Below are positions 8,840 to 19,094 of a stretch of 64,000 nucleotides of DNA, in pieces. The position numbers and the translations under genes were made by a program. Numbering within the stretch: the stretch's first letter is position 1; the number at the start of each line of letters is the position of its first letter. This DNA comes from Rhodothermales bacterium (GTDB lineage Bacteria > Bacteroidota > Rhodothermia > Rhodothermales > Bin80), in the NCBI GenBank assembly GCA_965207565.1, contig CBDBMQ010000033.1:4325-68324 (forward strand), given 5' to 3'. The notes beneath the pieces were generated by a model, which searched no databases, was not told where the DNA came from, and saw nothing but the letters and a program-made list of their open reading frames with translations.

Positions 8840-11800
8840 TTGGCTGATAATCCGTTACAACGACTGTCTCCCCGGCTTTCTCGGGCTCCTTCTTTTCGGG
8901 CGTTTCGCGCATGGTGTACGCAAACCAGAGGAGCACAGGTGTGTCTCCTGCAGGATTCACCTGGATCGTCGCCTGCATTTTTGCTACAGCACGCCTGGAA
9001 ATCTGGACGCTCTCTGGCCTGTATTCTGCCAGAATCAGAAGATGCACGCTTACTGCACAGTGATTTGACGGAACTGGGCCTGCCAAGCCTTTTGTTTCCT
9101 CCGTTCGGATCCACACCGTACGATGATGAGCAGGTTGAGGATTCGGCTCCTATGATCCGGCGGCATGATGTGCTGCAACAACTTGACACCCACACGCAGA
9201 CCGTGGTGGTTGCCGGCCTGCAGGCGGTCCTGGAGCGGATGCCTGCACCAGAAAAAACGCTGGCGCAGTCCGTTACCGTACGTGTACAGGATCGTATCCC
9301 ACCGGATCAACTCGTTGACCTGCTTGCTGATAAGGGGTTTATCCGCGTCTCATTTGTGCAGGAGGCCGGCGAATTCGCATGGCGAGGCGGGATTGTGGAC
9401 GTATTCCCGTTTTCCGGTGGACTGCCTCTGCGCCTCGAGTTCTTCGGCAATGAGCTCGAGTCAATCCGGGAATTCGATGCCGTCAGCCAACGATCTGTCA
9501 GCCGCCTGCGCAGCGCCCGGCTGGTTCCCCAACCGATCCATGCCTCCAAGGAATCTCCATGGATTTCTTTGCCGGATTCGATCACCGATGATGCCCTCCT
9601 GGTTCTTTTTGAAGAACCCCGACTAAACGAAATCGCCGATGCCGTCTGGCAGGATGTTCAAAAGCGATACAAGTCAAAAACGCGATCCGGGGCGGAATGT
9701 CCGGCTCCAGAATCACGATATCTGACGCCAGATGTACTCTCTCGCAGCTATGCATCAAAGACCCAAGTTCATGTTCACGCATCGGATTCGAGTCCCGACA
9801 CCGTGATCCAGGTCGGCGCTCGTCCACAGCCCTCCTTTGGCGGTCATATGGATCTCGTTCGCTCGGACTTGACAGAGCCCGGCCGGAAGCACACCTACGT
9901 CATCTGTGATAGCTCCGCCCAGCAAAAGCGTTTAGAATCGTTGCTGGACGAGTTGGAGGATTCCAACAAGTTGACCTTCCTGATCGCATCACTTCACCGC
10001 GGGTTCTCGCTGCCAGGCATTGGCCTTGCAGCTTACACCGATCACGAAATATTCGGCCGTTATTTCCGCCCACGCACCCGAAAAGCCTCTCGTACGGGCG
10101 GGATCCGCCTCCAGGAGTTGCAAAACCTTAAGCCCGGGGACTTTGTTGTGCACAAGGAATTCGGAATTGGCAAATTTGCGGGGCTTAAAGTGATCACGGT
10201 CAAGGGGCGCCGTCAAGAAGCCGTGCGACTCATCTACGCGCGTGACGATGTCGTATTTGTGAATGTGAACGCACTGCACAAGCTCAGCAAATATGCGGGA
10301 AAAGATGGTCAAGTTCCTTCACTGACCCGATTAGGATCAGGACAATGGGAACGCACCAAAACCCGAGCAAAAAAGCGGATTAAGGATATTGCACGGAGGT
10401 TGATCAGCCTCTATGCCCAGCGTAAATCTTCCGAGGGGTATGCTTTTTCGTTGGATTCAATCTGGCAAAAAGAGCTGGAAGCTTCTTTTCCGTGGCAGGA
10501 CACCCCCGATCAATATGAAGCGTCGGAGGCGGTTAAACGTGACATGGAATCTGCGACCCCGATGGATCGCCTGGTTTGCGGCGATGTTGGTTTTGGAAAG
10601 ACGGAGGTCGCAGTTCGAGCTGCATTTAAAGCCATTCAGGATGGGAAACAGGTTGCATTATTGGTGCCTACGACCGTACTGGCCCGACAGCACTACCTCA
10701 CGTTTTGTAAACGACTGGAGCAGTTCCCCGTGCGGGTCGAAGTGCTCTCACGCCGTATCAAGGGCGCAGCCGTCCGAAAACTGCTTGCTGATGTGAGCCA
10801 GGGAAAAGTGGATATTCTTGTTGGCACCCACCGGCTGGTTTCCAAGGATGTCTCCTTCCCGGATCTGGGGCTTCTGATCATAGATGAGGAACAGCGGTTC
10901 GGGGTTCGAATCAAGGAAAAGCTGCGTGAACTGCGCGTCAATGTGGATACGCTGACCTTGACCGCGACTCCAATCCCCCGTACGCTGCAATTTTCTCTCA
11001 TTGGTGCCCGCGATCTTTCTATCATCGGTACCCCGCCACCAAACCGGCAACCCATTCACACGCAAATTCATTCCTCCGACTGGGCTCTTATCAGTGATGC
11101 GATTCTCTATGAAGTCAATCGCGGAGGGCAGGTCTTCTTTATTCACAACCGTGTGGCTTCCATTGGAGACATGCTCATCAAGCTGCAGGATCTTGTACCG
11201 GGTGTCCGCTTTCGCATTGGTCACGGCCAAATGCCCGGCGCAGAGCTTGAGCAGGTCATGACTGACTTTGTTGACCACAAGTTTGATGTCCTGTTATGCA
11301 CTTCCATCGTGGAGAACGGGCTTGATATTGCAAATGCCAACACCATTATTGTTGATCGGGCACACCTATTTGGCCTAGCGGAGATTCATCAATTGCGCGG
11401 GCGGGTCGGTCGCAGTGACCGCAAAGCATTTTGCTATTTACTGGTCCCTTCTATTCATGCTCTGAGCCGACATGCTCGCCAGCGCCTGCAGGCCGTTGAG
11501 CAATTCAGCGACCTTGGAAGTGGATTCCATCTAGCCATGAGGGATCTGGATATCCGGGGCGCAGGAAATATTCTCGGCGGAGAGCAAAGCGGTTTTATTG
11601 CAGACCTTGGGCTTGATACGTATTACCAGATGCTGGATGAAGCCGTTCGAGAGCTACGAAATGAGGATTTTTCCGAACTCTTCAAGAATGTTGACCTCCC
11701 GCTTCCGGAAGACACCGTCGTTGATCTTGAGGTGAACGCCTCCCTCCCCAAACCTTATGTAGCCAGTGACCTCGAACGCCTAGCCCTCTATCGTAGGATT

Positions 11801-12214
11801 GGAGAAGCTGCAGAGCAATCTGGACTTGACGAGTTGGAAGCGGAGATTCGTGACCGGTTTGGCCCACTTCCGGCTCCGGCTTGTCAACTGTTCCTGGGAG
11901 CTCGCATGCGGCTGATCGGGCAAACCCTGCGTCTTCCCCGGGTCTCATACCGGAACCAGCGGCTGTTTTTACGCCTGCCCGACAACCATGAGGATCAACA
12001 GTTCTACCTGGAACGATTTGATTCCTTTTTAGAGGTACTCGACACGCTTCCGAATCAATACGTTCTCAAAGAATCAAAGGCAGGCAAAATGCGCGCTATT
12101 CTGCAGGACGTTCTATCGGTGGAGGCGGCTCACGAGATTCTTTGCCAACTGGCAGTGAAGCAGGCCTCACCTGAACCACAAAGCGGGAAGATTCCGGCAC
12201 TTGCACCTGTTTGA
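8840..12214 (+). CDS. mfd: transcription-repair coupling factor Mfd
   Basis: 1124 aa. CarD/TRCF domain (FVVHKEFGIGKF), helicase motifs GDVGFGKTEVA and DEEQRFG, TRG/relay region. The TTG start at 8840 is uncertain. Confidence 0.93.
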   Translation: MADNPLQRLSPRLSRAPSFRAFRAWCTQTRGAQVCLLQDSPGSSPAFLLQHAWKSGRSLACILPESEDARLLHSDLTELGLPSLLFPPFGSTPYDDEQVEDSAPMIRRHDVLQQLDTHTQTVVVAGLQAVLERMPAPEKTLAQSVTVRVQDRIPPDQLVDLLADKGFIRVSFVQEAGEFAWRGGIVDVFPFSGGLPLRLEFFGNELESIREFDAVSQRSVSRLRSARLVPQPIHASKESPWISLPDSITDDALLVLFEEPRLNEIADAVWQDVQKRYKSKTRSGAECPAPESRYLTPDVLSRSYASKTQVHVHASDSSPDTVIQVGARPQPSFGGHMDLVRSDLTEPGRKHTYVICDSSAQQKRLESLLDELEDSNKLTFLIASLHRGFSLPGIGLAAYTDHEIFGRYFRPRTRKASRTGGIRLQELQNLKPGDFVVHKEFGIGKFAGLKVITVKGRRQEAVRLIYARDDVVFVNVNALHKLSKYAGKDGQVPSLTRLGSGQWERTKTRAKKRIKDIARRLISLYAQRKSSEGYAFSLDSIWQKELEASFPWQDTPDQYEASEAVKRDMESATPMDRLVCGDVGFGKTEVAVRAAFKAIQDGKQVALLVPTTVLARQHYLTFCKRLEQFPVRVEVLSRRIKGAAVRKLLADVSQGKVDILVGTHRLVSKDVSFPDLGLLIIDEEQRFGVRIKEKLRELRVNVDTLTLTATPIPRTLQFSLIGARDLSIIGTPPPNRQPIHTQIHSSDWALISDAILYEVNRGGQVFFIHNRVASIGDMLIKLQDLVPGVRFRIGHGQMPGAELEQVMTDFVDHKFDVLLCTSIVENGLDIANANTIIVDRAHLFGLAEIHQLRGRVGRSDRKAFCYLLVPSIHALSRHARQRLQAVEQFSDLGSGFHLAMRDLDIRGAGNILGGEQSGFIADLGLDTYYQMLDEAVRELRNEDFSELFKNVDLPLPEDTVVDLEVNASLPKPYVASDLERLALYRRIGEAAEQSGLDELEAEIRDRFGPLPAPACQLFLGARMRLIGQTLRLPRVSYRNQRLFLRLPDNHEDQQFYLERFDSFLEVLDTLPNQYVLKESKAGKMRAILQDVLSVEAAHEILCQLAVKQASPEPQSGKIPALAPV

Positions 12215-12752
12215 TTTGAACCGTCGGGAACGCCGCTACCAGGTCCTTGTGTTCAGCCCTTAGGTCACCTCCTTTAAGACAATAGAGAATCCCTCCCGGT
12301 GTCGCAGCACGCGTATGCCACTGCCATAGGGTGCGAAGCGAGGTAGTCGCTCGAGACACGCTGCACTGAATCTCAAAGGGAAACTCCTCCGCCTGGCCAT
12401 GCCACGGATATAAATTCGGCAAATCCAGCTCCCGCTTGAATGCCTTGACCGCATGAACTTTTTTCTGAGCCGCATCAACTGCATACACCTTCACTTCCGG
12501 GAGCATGACCGCCATGGGGATCGCAGGCAGCCCTCCCCCCGTGCCCCAGTCTACAAGTGAAGATCCCGCGGTAAATGGCTGCTCTACAAAGGCCAGACAC
12601 TCCTTAATATGTTCGATAAACTCTTCCGTTGTCGTGCGCCGCGAGAGTAAATTCAACCGCTTATTATAGTTCTGCAAGAGATTGGCGTAGGATTGAAGCT
12701 TTTCCCGCTGCCAGGATCGCATTGGCAGCGAAAGATGTTTCACGTGAAACAT
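12096..12752 (-). CDS. rsmG: 16S rRNA (guanine527-N7)-methyltransferase RsmG (GidB)
   Basis: 218 aa. SAM motif VDWGTGGGLPAIPMAV. Adjacent to mnmG as in the classical gidA-gidB pair. The C-terminal 39 codons overlap the 3' end of mfd. Confidence 0.9.
   Translation of the reverse strand: MFHVKHLSLPMRSWQREKLQSYANLLQNYNKRLNLLSRRTTTEEFIEHIKECLAFVEQPFTAGSSLVDWGTGGGLPAIPMAVMLPEVKVYAVDAAQKKVHAVKAFKRELDLPNLYPWHGQAEEFPFEIQCSVSRATTSLRTLWQWHTRAATPGGILYCLKGGDLRAEHKDLVAAFPTVQIKQVQVPESSRFVVQVRPASLPVGKESREPPPPIERPAE
12736..12751. promoter_or_regulatory. parS centromere-like site (perfect TGTTTCACGTGAAACA) embedded in the rsmG start
   Basis: Second exact copy of the 16-bp palindrome. It covers codons 1-6 of rsmG (MFHVKH). 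Confidence 0.85.
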
Positions 12753-12771
12753 TGTGTTTGTCTGCTTTCTC

Positions 12772-14640
12772 TCAGCGCTCCAAGAGCACCATCAAAACGG
12801 CAATATCCGCTGGGCTTACGCCGCTAATTCTCGAAGCCTGTCCGAGCGTTTCGGGTTGAATTTTGCTTAATTTTTCCCGGGCTTCCATGGTAATATTGTT
12901 GACTTCTGCAAAGTTGAAACTCCGGGGGATTTGTCGGCTCTCCATCGCGATCATCTTCTTTGCTTCTTCCTCCTGCCTCGCTACATATCCGGCGTACTTG
13001 ATCGAGATTTCTGCAAGTTGCTCGACCGGCTCCATTCCTGGAGCCGGGTCCACGATCTGACTGACAATCCCGGCCGCCTCCAACAGATCCTTCAAGCCCA
13101 CCTCTGGACGGCGCACGATCTGAATGGCCTTGACCGGCTCATTGATTGGAGTCGTTCCAGATTCTTTCAAATAACAATTACATGTTTCAGGATGAATTGT
13201 ATGCTCTGATAATCTAGAAATAATTGCTTTTATCGCTTCCTGGCGTGTTTGCATGCGCTGATAGCGGGCTTCGGATACCAGCCCGAGGCGTTGTCCCAAG
13301 GGTGTGAGTCGCTCGTCTGCGTTATCCTGACGAAGCAGCATACGATGTTCTGCCCTGGACGTGAACATCCGATATGGCTCCTCCGTCCCTTTGGCAATCA
13401 GGTCATCAATCAGGACACCGATGTACGCCTCCGATCGGCGAAGAATCACTGGACTTTCCGCGCCCAGCCCGCGGACTGCATTGATCCCCGCCATGAGTCC
13501 CTGCGCAGCCGCTTCCTCATACCCGGTCGTGCCGTTGATCTGTCCTGCAAAAAACAACCCGCGAATCTTCTTCGTCTCTAGGGAATACTGAAGCTGATGA
13601 GGTGGAAAATAGTCATACTCTATCGCATACCCCGGGCGCAGCATATGGACCTGCTGCAACCCCGGCACCCTGCGCAGGGCCTGCTCCTGGATTTCTTCCG
13701 GCAAACTCGTTGAAAATCCGTTTACGTACACCTCTGTTGTTCGTCGACCTTCCGGCTCCAGGAAGAGCTGATGTCGCTCCTTTGCAGCAAACCGATCAAT
13801 CTTGTCTTCGATGGAAGGGCAGTATCTCGGACCCGTACCCTCTATCCGCCCCGCAAACATTGGGCTTTGCTCAAATCCCTTTCGCAGGACTGCATGCACC
13901 TCCGGGTTGGTCCAGGTGAGATGACAGCTGAGTTGATCCCTGGTCAATTCATCGGTCATAAAGGAGAAGGGGCTTGGATTTTCATCTCCTGGTTGCTCTG
14001 CCGTTGCAGTGTAGTCAATCGTGCTTCCATCTATACGTGGTGGCGTACCTGTCTTCAGCCGACCACTTTCAAACCCTAATTCATGCAGTTGGCCGGTCAG
14101 TCCAGTGCTTTGCCGCTCCCCCATACGTCCACCCCCAAACTGGCGCTCCCCAACATGGATCAAACCATTCATGAACGTACCGTTTGTGAGGATCACGGCC
14201 TTTGCACCATAGGTGCGGTCCAGCCGAGTCCGTACTCCACAAACCCGGCCATGGGCCACCTCAAGGGCCGTGACCATGTCGGCACGCATATAGAGTTCCG
14301 GGATGTTTTCCAGGGCTTGGCGAACAAAGGTTGCATACTCAATCCGGTCTGATTGTGCCCGGGGCCCCCACACCGCCGGCCCCTTCCGGCGATTCAGCAT
14401 CCTGAACTGAATCCCGGCCGCATCTGCTGCAGAGCCCATGATGCCTCCCAACGCATCAATCTCCCGTACAATATGCCCCTTACCAATTCCGCCAATTGCT
14501 GGATTGCAGGACATCCGGCCAATCGCTTCCAAGCTCATAGTAACCAGAAGCGTGCGAGCACCCATACGGGCGGTGGCCGCCGCCGCCTCTGTCCCTGCAT
14601 GCCCGCCACCAACCACAATAATGTCAAAGCTTGAGTCCAT
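12772..14640 (-). CDS. mnmG: tRNA uridine 5-carboxymethylaminomethyl modification enzyme MnmG (GidA)
   Basis: 622 aa. FAD motif DIIVVGGGHAGTEAA and a conserved GidA C-terminal domain. Confidence 0.96.
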   Translation of the reverse strand: MDSSFDIIVVGGGHAGTEAAAATARMGARTLLVTMSLEAIGRMSCNPAIGGIGKGHIVREIDALGGIMGSAADAAGIQFRMLNRRKGPAVWGPRAQSDRIEYATFVRQALENIPELYMRADMVTALEVAHGRVCGVRTRLDRTYGAKAVILTNGTFMNGLIHVGERQFGGGRMGERQSTGLTGQLHELGFESGRLKTGTPPRIDGSTIDYTATAEQPGDENPSPFSFMTDELTRDQLSCHLTWTNPEVHAVLRKGFEQSPMFAGRIEGTGPRYCPSIEDKIDRFAAKERHQLFLEPEGRRTTEVYVNGFSTSLPEEIQEQALRRVPGLQQVHMLRPGYAIEYDYFPPHQLQYSLETKKIRGLFFAGQINGTTGYEEAAAQGLMAGINAVRGLGAESPVILRRSEAYIGVLIDDLIAKGTEEPYRMFTSRAEHRMLLRQDNADERLTPLGQRLGLVSEARYQRMQTRQEAIKAIISRLSEHTIHPETCNCYLKESGTTPINEPVKAIQIVRRPEVGLKDLLEAAGIVSQIVDPAPGMEPVEQLAEISIKYAGYVARQEEEAKKMIAMESRQIPRSFNFAEVNNITMEAREKLSKIQPETLGQASRISGVSPADIAVLMVLLER

Positions 14641-14647
14641 CCCTGTG

Positions 14648-15994
14648 TTACTTACCGATACAAAATCTCGAAAAGATTGTCCCCAGTACCGTTTCGTTAG
14701 TGATAACCCCGGTAATCATCCCCAGTTCACGCGCGGCAGCTTGCAGATCCAATGAAAAAATATCCGGTGGCTGATTTGCACTCAGAGATGCTCTCGCATC
14801 CAAAAGTGCCTGGTGTGCACTCTTTAGATGGGTTTTATGCCTTGCATTGATCACCGTTCTGGATACGTCCGCATTCCCATAGCTCTTTATCGCCTGCTTG
14901 AGCAGTGCACGAACCAGAGGCTCCACCGCCTTGGGTCCACCAATTGCCGTCAACTGCAATCCCTTCCTTTTTTCCTTCGGGACAAGATCTGCCTTGTTTC
15001 CGACCAGGATCACCGGCGTGTTGTCCAGACCGTTCAATGCGGTCTGGTCTTCTTCTAAAAACCCGCAGGCAAGATCATAGACATAAACCACGATGTCTGC
15101 TTTGTTGATCATTCGATAGGCGCGCTGAACGCCTTCCTGCTCGATGGAGTCTGTGCTTTTTCGCAGCCCTGCGGTATCCATAAAACGAAAACGTAATCCC
15201 CCCAACTCGGCATCGACCTCCAGTACATCCCTGGTCGTCCCTGGCTCTTCGCTTACAATTGCCCGGTCACGACCCGAAAGACTATTCAGTATTGTGGATT
15301 TCCCTGCATTCGGTCGACCGGCAATTACAACCCGGACTCCCTCTCTCACGACGGTCCCAAGCCGTGTTGACTCAAGTAATTCCTGCACCTGTTCCAATGC
15401 GTTTTCAATCAGATTGCGGAGCGTGGTCCGATCCGCAAATTCAACATCCTCATCGGTGAAATCAATTTCGAGTTCCGCCAGTGCGCACAATTCGAGGATC
15501 GCCGTCCGCAGTGCTTCAAGTCCTTCTGAATAGTGCCCTTCATAGGCTGCCAAGGAAACCCTGTGTGCCTGCTCACTGGAGGCATGGATTAAGTCAGCGA
15601 CTGCTTCTGCCTGGGCAAGATCCATTTTTCCTGCCAGGAACGCACGTTGCGTGAACTCGCCCGGCCGTGCCAGCCGGGCACCCTGGTCGAGGAGGCTTTG
15701 CAGCACTAATGCCGCCACATAGTCCCCTCCATGACTGGTAATCTCCACTACATCCTCTCCGGTTGCGGTACGGGGCCTGCGAAATACTGTCGCAACAACC
15801 TGATCAATCCTAGAGCCCTCAGGACTCTTCCACATCCCGACATGGGCGGTATGGGACGCAGCGGTCTCAAGGTTGTGCCCCGAAAAGCAGGTGGAGGCGA
15901 TTAGACAGGCCTCGGGCCCGGACACACGAACTATTGAAAGCGCCGCAAGACCGGGTGCGGTCGCAATCGCCGCAATCGTATCCTGGGCGAGCAT
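14648..15994 (-). CDS. mnmE: tRNA modification GTPase MnmE (TrmE)
   Basis: 448 aa. DTIAAIATAPG N-terminus, G-domain GRPNAGKSTILN/DTAG/NKAD, C-terminal CIGK. Confidence 0.96.
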   Translation of the reverse strand: MLAQDTIAAIATAPGLAALSIVRVSGPEACLIASTCFSGHNLETAASHTAHVGMWKSPEGSRIDQVVATVFRRPRTATGEDVVEITSHGGDYVAALVLQSLLDQGARLARPGEFTQRAFLAGKMDLAQAEAVADLIHASSEQAHRVSLAAYEGHYSEGLEALRTAILELCALAELEIDFTDEDVEFADRTTLRNLIENALEQVQELLESTRLGTVVREGVRVVIAGRPNAGKSTILNSLSGRDRAIVSEEPGTTRDVLEVDAELGGLRFRFMDTAGLRKSTDSIEQEGVQRAYRMINKADIVVYVYDLACGFLEEDQTALNGLDNTPVILVGNKADLVPKEKRKGLQLTAIGGPKAVEPLVRALLKQAIKSYGNADVSRTVINARHKTHLKSAHQALLDARASLSANQPPDIFSLDLQAAARELGMITGVITNETVLGTIFSRFCIGK

Positions 15995-16000
15995 GGTGAA

Positions 16001-17782
16001 TTATTTACGAGCCTTCTTTCCAGAGCCTTTGACCACTCCTCTTACCGGCTTGATTTTGCTTGATTTTTTGACCACGGTTTTTTCTGACGCAGCTTTTTTC
16101 TTCATCGATTTATTGATGAACTGCTGCTGCGCCGCCGAAAAAACGTTGTAACAGAAATAATATAAGCTTAGTCCTGATGGCAATCGATTGAAAATCACGA
16201 AAATCATCACCGGCATCATATACATAAAGATTTTTGCCTGCGGCCCGGATGCAGGGGTTGCCTGCATCCGCATCTGCACGATCATAGACAAACCCATGAG
16301 AATCGTGAAGCCTGCAACGAAGTCCCCGTAAAACGGAATGGCAAATGGCAGATTCAAGATTACATCTGGAGCGGACAGGTCAGGAGCCCAGAGAAAGCCC
16401 TGCTGTCGAATTTCGATGGATTGCTGCAAGAACTGCCACAGAGCAATGATGATGGGATACTGCAACACCATCGGCAAACAGGCTCCCAGGGGATTGGTAC
16501 CGGACTCGCGATACATCTTGATGGTCGCCTCCTGCTGCTTTTGCGGATTGTCAGGATATTTTTCCTTGATCTCTTGCATTTTGGGTTGCAGTTCCCGCAT
16601 TTTCGCCATACTCTTGTAGGAGCTGAGCGTCAATGGAAGCAGGACCGCCTTGATCAAAAGGCAAAAGACGATGATCACCAGACCATAACTGTCAATGATG
16701 CTGCTCAGGAAGCCGAATACTGGAATAAATACCGCAATTGCGAGCGGCCTTGTCATCCACTCAAAAGCATCCCAGCCATAGTCTACCATCCCGTAGACAC
16801 CATCATAGCGACTGATCTTGCGGTATTCGAGGGGACCCAGGTAGATTCGGTAGGTATCCGGGGCTTCATCCGGGGGGCCAACAAACAGGCTGGCACGAAA
16901 GTCTACGATCACCTCCGGGTCATCAGCCTCTCCGAGACGCTCACCTAGCAACTCCGCTTCTCTTGCCGGCTCATCGGCCACAACCACTGCGCCGAAGTAT
17001 TTATTTTTAACCCCGATCCAGGACACATTACCCCGAAGCGTCCGATCTGCGACCTGGTTTCTCTGTAAATTAATTCCCTCCACATCATTCCCACTTCGGG
17101 CATATGCACCGACCTTGTTGACCTCTTCTTTTCGATAATCCACATCTTCACTGAACGGGATTGCACCATTCCAGACCAGCTCATATCCTTCCGCCGTCTG
17201 GAATCCGGCTGCATTGAAGTGAGCGACTTCCAGACCGACCTCGTAGTCCCCGGGAGTGAACGTGTAGGTCAACCGCAGACGACCACTGCCAATTGCAGCT
17301 TCAAAGACCACGGTGGCTGGGCTCTGGGTTGCATTGATCGTATCGGTTGAGTCCCGCTGCGTAAACAGTATGGTTCGTGTATCAATATTGCGCGCACCGG
17401 GCGACTGAAATCCAATACTGATCGCCCCGGGACCGGTGCTATCTACCAGTTGAACCCGGCTGACCTGATCGTACCTGAAATACTCTTTGAGTTCAAACCT
17501 CTTCAGGGTTGCCCCCAAATCTGAGAGTTGAGCAGTATACAGATCCGTTTCCACTGTTATTTCCCGTGCTGCCTGTGCAGGGATCACGGTAGCTGGAACA
17601 GCAGCCGGATCCGACACGATCTGTTCCGCTTGAAATTCATTTGCAGGCTGCGTCCCCTCCTCCATCGGTTGCTCTGCCCCCTCCTCCACCGGCTCTGGAG
17701 GCGGTGGGGAAGGCATCATCATCATCCACACGATCATGATCGCCGTGATCATCACGACTGCGATTATCGTATTCCGGTCCAC
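16001..17782 (-). CDS. yidC: membrane protein insertase YidC
   Basis: 593 aa. N-terminal TM helix, large periplasmic domain, conserved 60-kDa IMP C-terminal core (PLGACLPMVLQYPIIIALW), basic tail. Confidence 0.93.
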   Translation of the reverse strand: MDRNTIIAVVMITAIMIVWMMMMPSPPPPEPVEEGAEQPMEEGTQPANEFQAEQIVSDPAAVPATVIPAQAAREITVETDLYTAQLSDLGATLKRFELKEYFRYDQVSRVQLVDSTGPGAISIGFQSPGARNIDTRTILFTQRDSTDTINATQSPATVVFEAAIGSGRLRLTYTFTPGDYEVGLEVAHFNAAGFQTAEGYELVWNGAIPFSEDVDYRKEEVNKVGAYARSGNDVEGINLQRNQVADRTLRGNVSWIGVKNKYFGAVVVADEPAREAELLGERLGEADDPEVIVDFRASLFVGPPDEAPDTYRIYLGPLEYRKISRYDGVYGMVDYGWDAFEWMTRPLAIAVFIPVFGFLSSIIDSYGLVIIVFCLLIKAVLLPLTLSSYKSMAKMRELQPKMQEIKEKYPDNPQKQQEATIKMYRESGTNPLGACLPMVLQYPIIIALWQFLQQSIEIRQQGFLWAPDLSAPDVILNLPFAIPFYGDFVAGFTILMGLSMIVQMRMQATPASGPQAKIFMYMMPVMIFVIFNRLPSGLSLYYFCYNVFSAAQQQFINKSMKKKAASEKTVVKKSSKIKPVRGVVKGSGKKARK

Positions 17783-17785
17783 GTG

Positions 17786-18196
17786 TCAATCTCCCTTATT
17801 TAATGATTGATGCAGAAGGTGCATCGCCTGCAAGAGATCATGGGAAAGTCCCTGGTTGCGATTGGAACTGTATCCGAGGACCATTAGCGTGAGCGTCCGT
17901 GCTGCAGGGATGGTTTGGAACCCGATGAGATCCTGATGCTTGCGCCAGGTTTCCCGCATCTGGCGTCTAATCCGATTGCGCTGCACCGCATTCTTGCACC
18001 GGCTAGGCGCGAAGCCAACCTGTATGCGTGCACCCGTCCCTGTCGTGCTACGAGGAACAAAACGATATAGGATTCGGATACTCCCTGCCACCAAAGATCT
18101 GGTGTCGGAGGCGGACCGCTCAAAAAGTGGCGCAATCAACCGCCGACGCTTCAGTCGCATCGAACGCGGAAACCGCTGCTCAGCAACCGTCGTCAT
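17786..18196 (-). CDS. rnpA: ribonuclease P protein component
   Basis: 136 aa, basic, with RLKRRRLIAPLF and RNRIRRQMRE motifs. Lies between rpmH and yidC. Confidence 0.88.
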   Translation of the reverse strand: MTTVAEQRFPRSMRLKRRRLIAPLFERSASDTRSLVAGSIRILYRFVPRSTTGTGARIQVGFAPSRCKNAVQRNRIRRQMRETWRKHQDLIGFQTIPAARTLTLMVLGYSSNRNQGLSHDLLQAMHLLHQSLNKGD

Positions 18197-18199
18197 TCA

Positions 18200-18355
18200 C
18201 TATTTGCCAACGTAACGATCGCTTACTGAAAGACTCTTGCGCCCTTTCCGGCGACGTCTTGCCAACACATTGCGACCATCCTTATCTGCCATTCTCGAAC
18301 GAAACCCGTGCTTATTACGGCGCTTTCGACGACTTGGTTGGTACGTGCGTTTCAT
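18200..18355 (-). CDS. rpmH: 50S ribosomal protein L34
   Basis: Hand-translated 51-aa [54 protein letters not shown]. Below the 60-aa ORF-track cutoff. Canonical position upstream of rnpA. Confidence 0.93.
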   Translation of the reverse strand: MKRTYQPSRRKRRNKHGFRSRMADKDGRNVLARRRRKGRKSLSVSDRYVGK

Positions 18356-18483
18356 GGAACTCTATTTATTCATATAATAAGATGAATGGGGCCGCAGAAT
18401 CTTGTCAGTTCAACACCTGACTCACCCTTTCACGGCCCCACATTTTGCCTTTAACGCACCTTATGAGTATTTTGCTTCTTTTT

Positions 18484-18556
18484 GCGGGAATAGCTCAATC
18501 GGTAGAGCGTCAGCTTCCCAAGCTGAAGGTCGCGGGTTCGATTCCCGTTTCCCGCT
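18484..18556 (+). tRNA. tRNA-Gly (anticodon CCC)
   Basis: Hand-folded cloverleaf: GCGGGAA/TTCCCGC acceptor, GCTC/GAGC D-stem, TCAGC-TTCCCAA-GCTGA anticodon arm, GCGGG-TTCGATT-CCCGT T-arm. Confidence 0.9.
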
Positions 18557-18560
18557 CTCC

Positions 18561-18635
18561 GGGCGGTTAGTTCAGTTGGTTTAGAACGCCTGCCTTACAA
18601 GCAGGAGGTCGGGGGTTCGAATCCCTCACCGCCCA
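18561..18635 (+). tRNA. tRNA-Val (anticodon TAC)
   Basis: Cloverleaf: GGGCGGT/ACCGCCC acceptor, CCTGC-CTTACAA-GCAGG anticodon arm, GGGGG-TTCGAAT-CCCTC T-arm. Confidence 0.9.
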
Positions 18636-19094
18636 CATTCGCTCGTTTTGTGCTCAAGGTTGTATTCGCCGACAGTTGGCAGACTGCTTGGAACGAAGGA
18701 ACCCTCCTTTGTTGCAGATTTGTAACTCATCACCGTACCTGTTAACCCTGATACATCGCGAATCACCGATACCCGTGTAACCGCACTCAGCGCATTCGTC
18801 GAAATCCGAACCGACATGATCGTGGATACGCTTGCATGGAACCTATCGTTGTCCCCCTGAGGGAAGACGTACCTCTAAACCAGAGAGCGGACTGTATCAG
18901 GGCAATACAGGAAAAAGTGCAGAAACGCAGGGAGCAATAACCCAGGGATGGTGCCTGCGAAACTCACCGACAAATCCTTGAAGCCTTGCTGTCTCCGGCA
19001 AGTTGCTCTTTCGATCGTCCTCAGAACGAAAATTATGACGGACACGTTATCTTTGCAGACCTATTCGATGTGACCAACCTGAAGCCGACTTAAG

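Noticed and set aside
8623-9195. 190-aa minus-strand ORF crossing the murQ end, the parS site and the mfd start
   Set aside because: It overlaps two strongly supported plus-strand genes. Its FHVKH stretch is just the palindromic parS read on the other strand.
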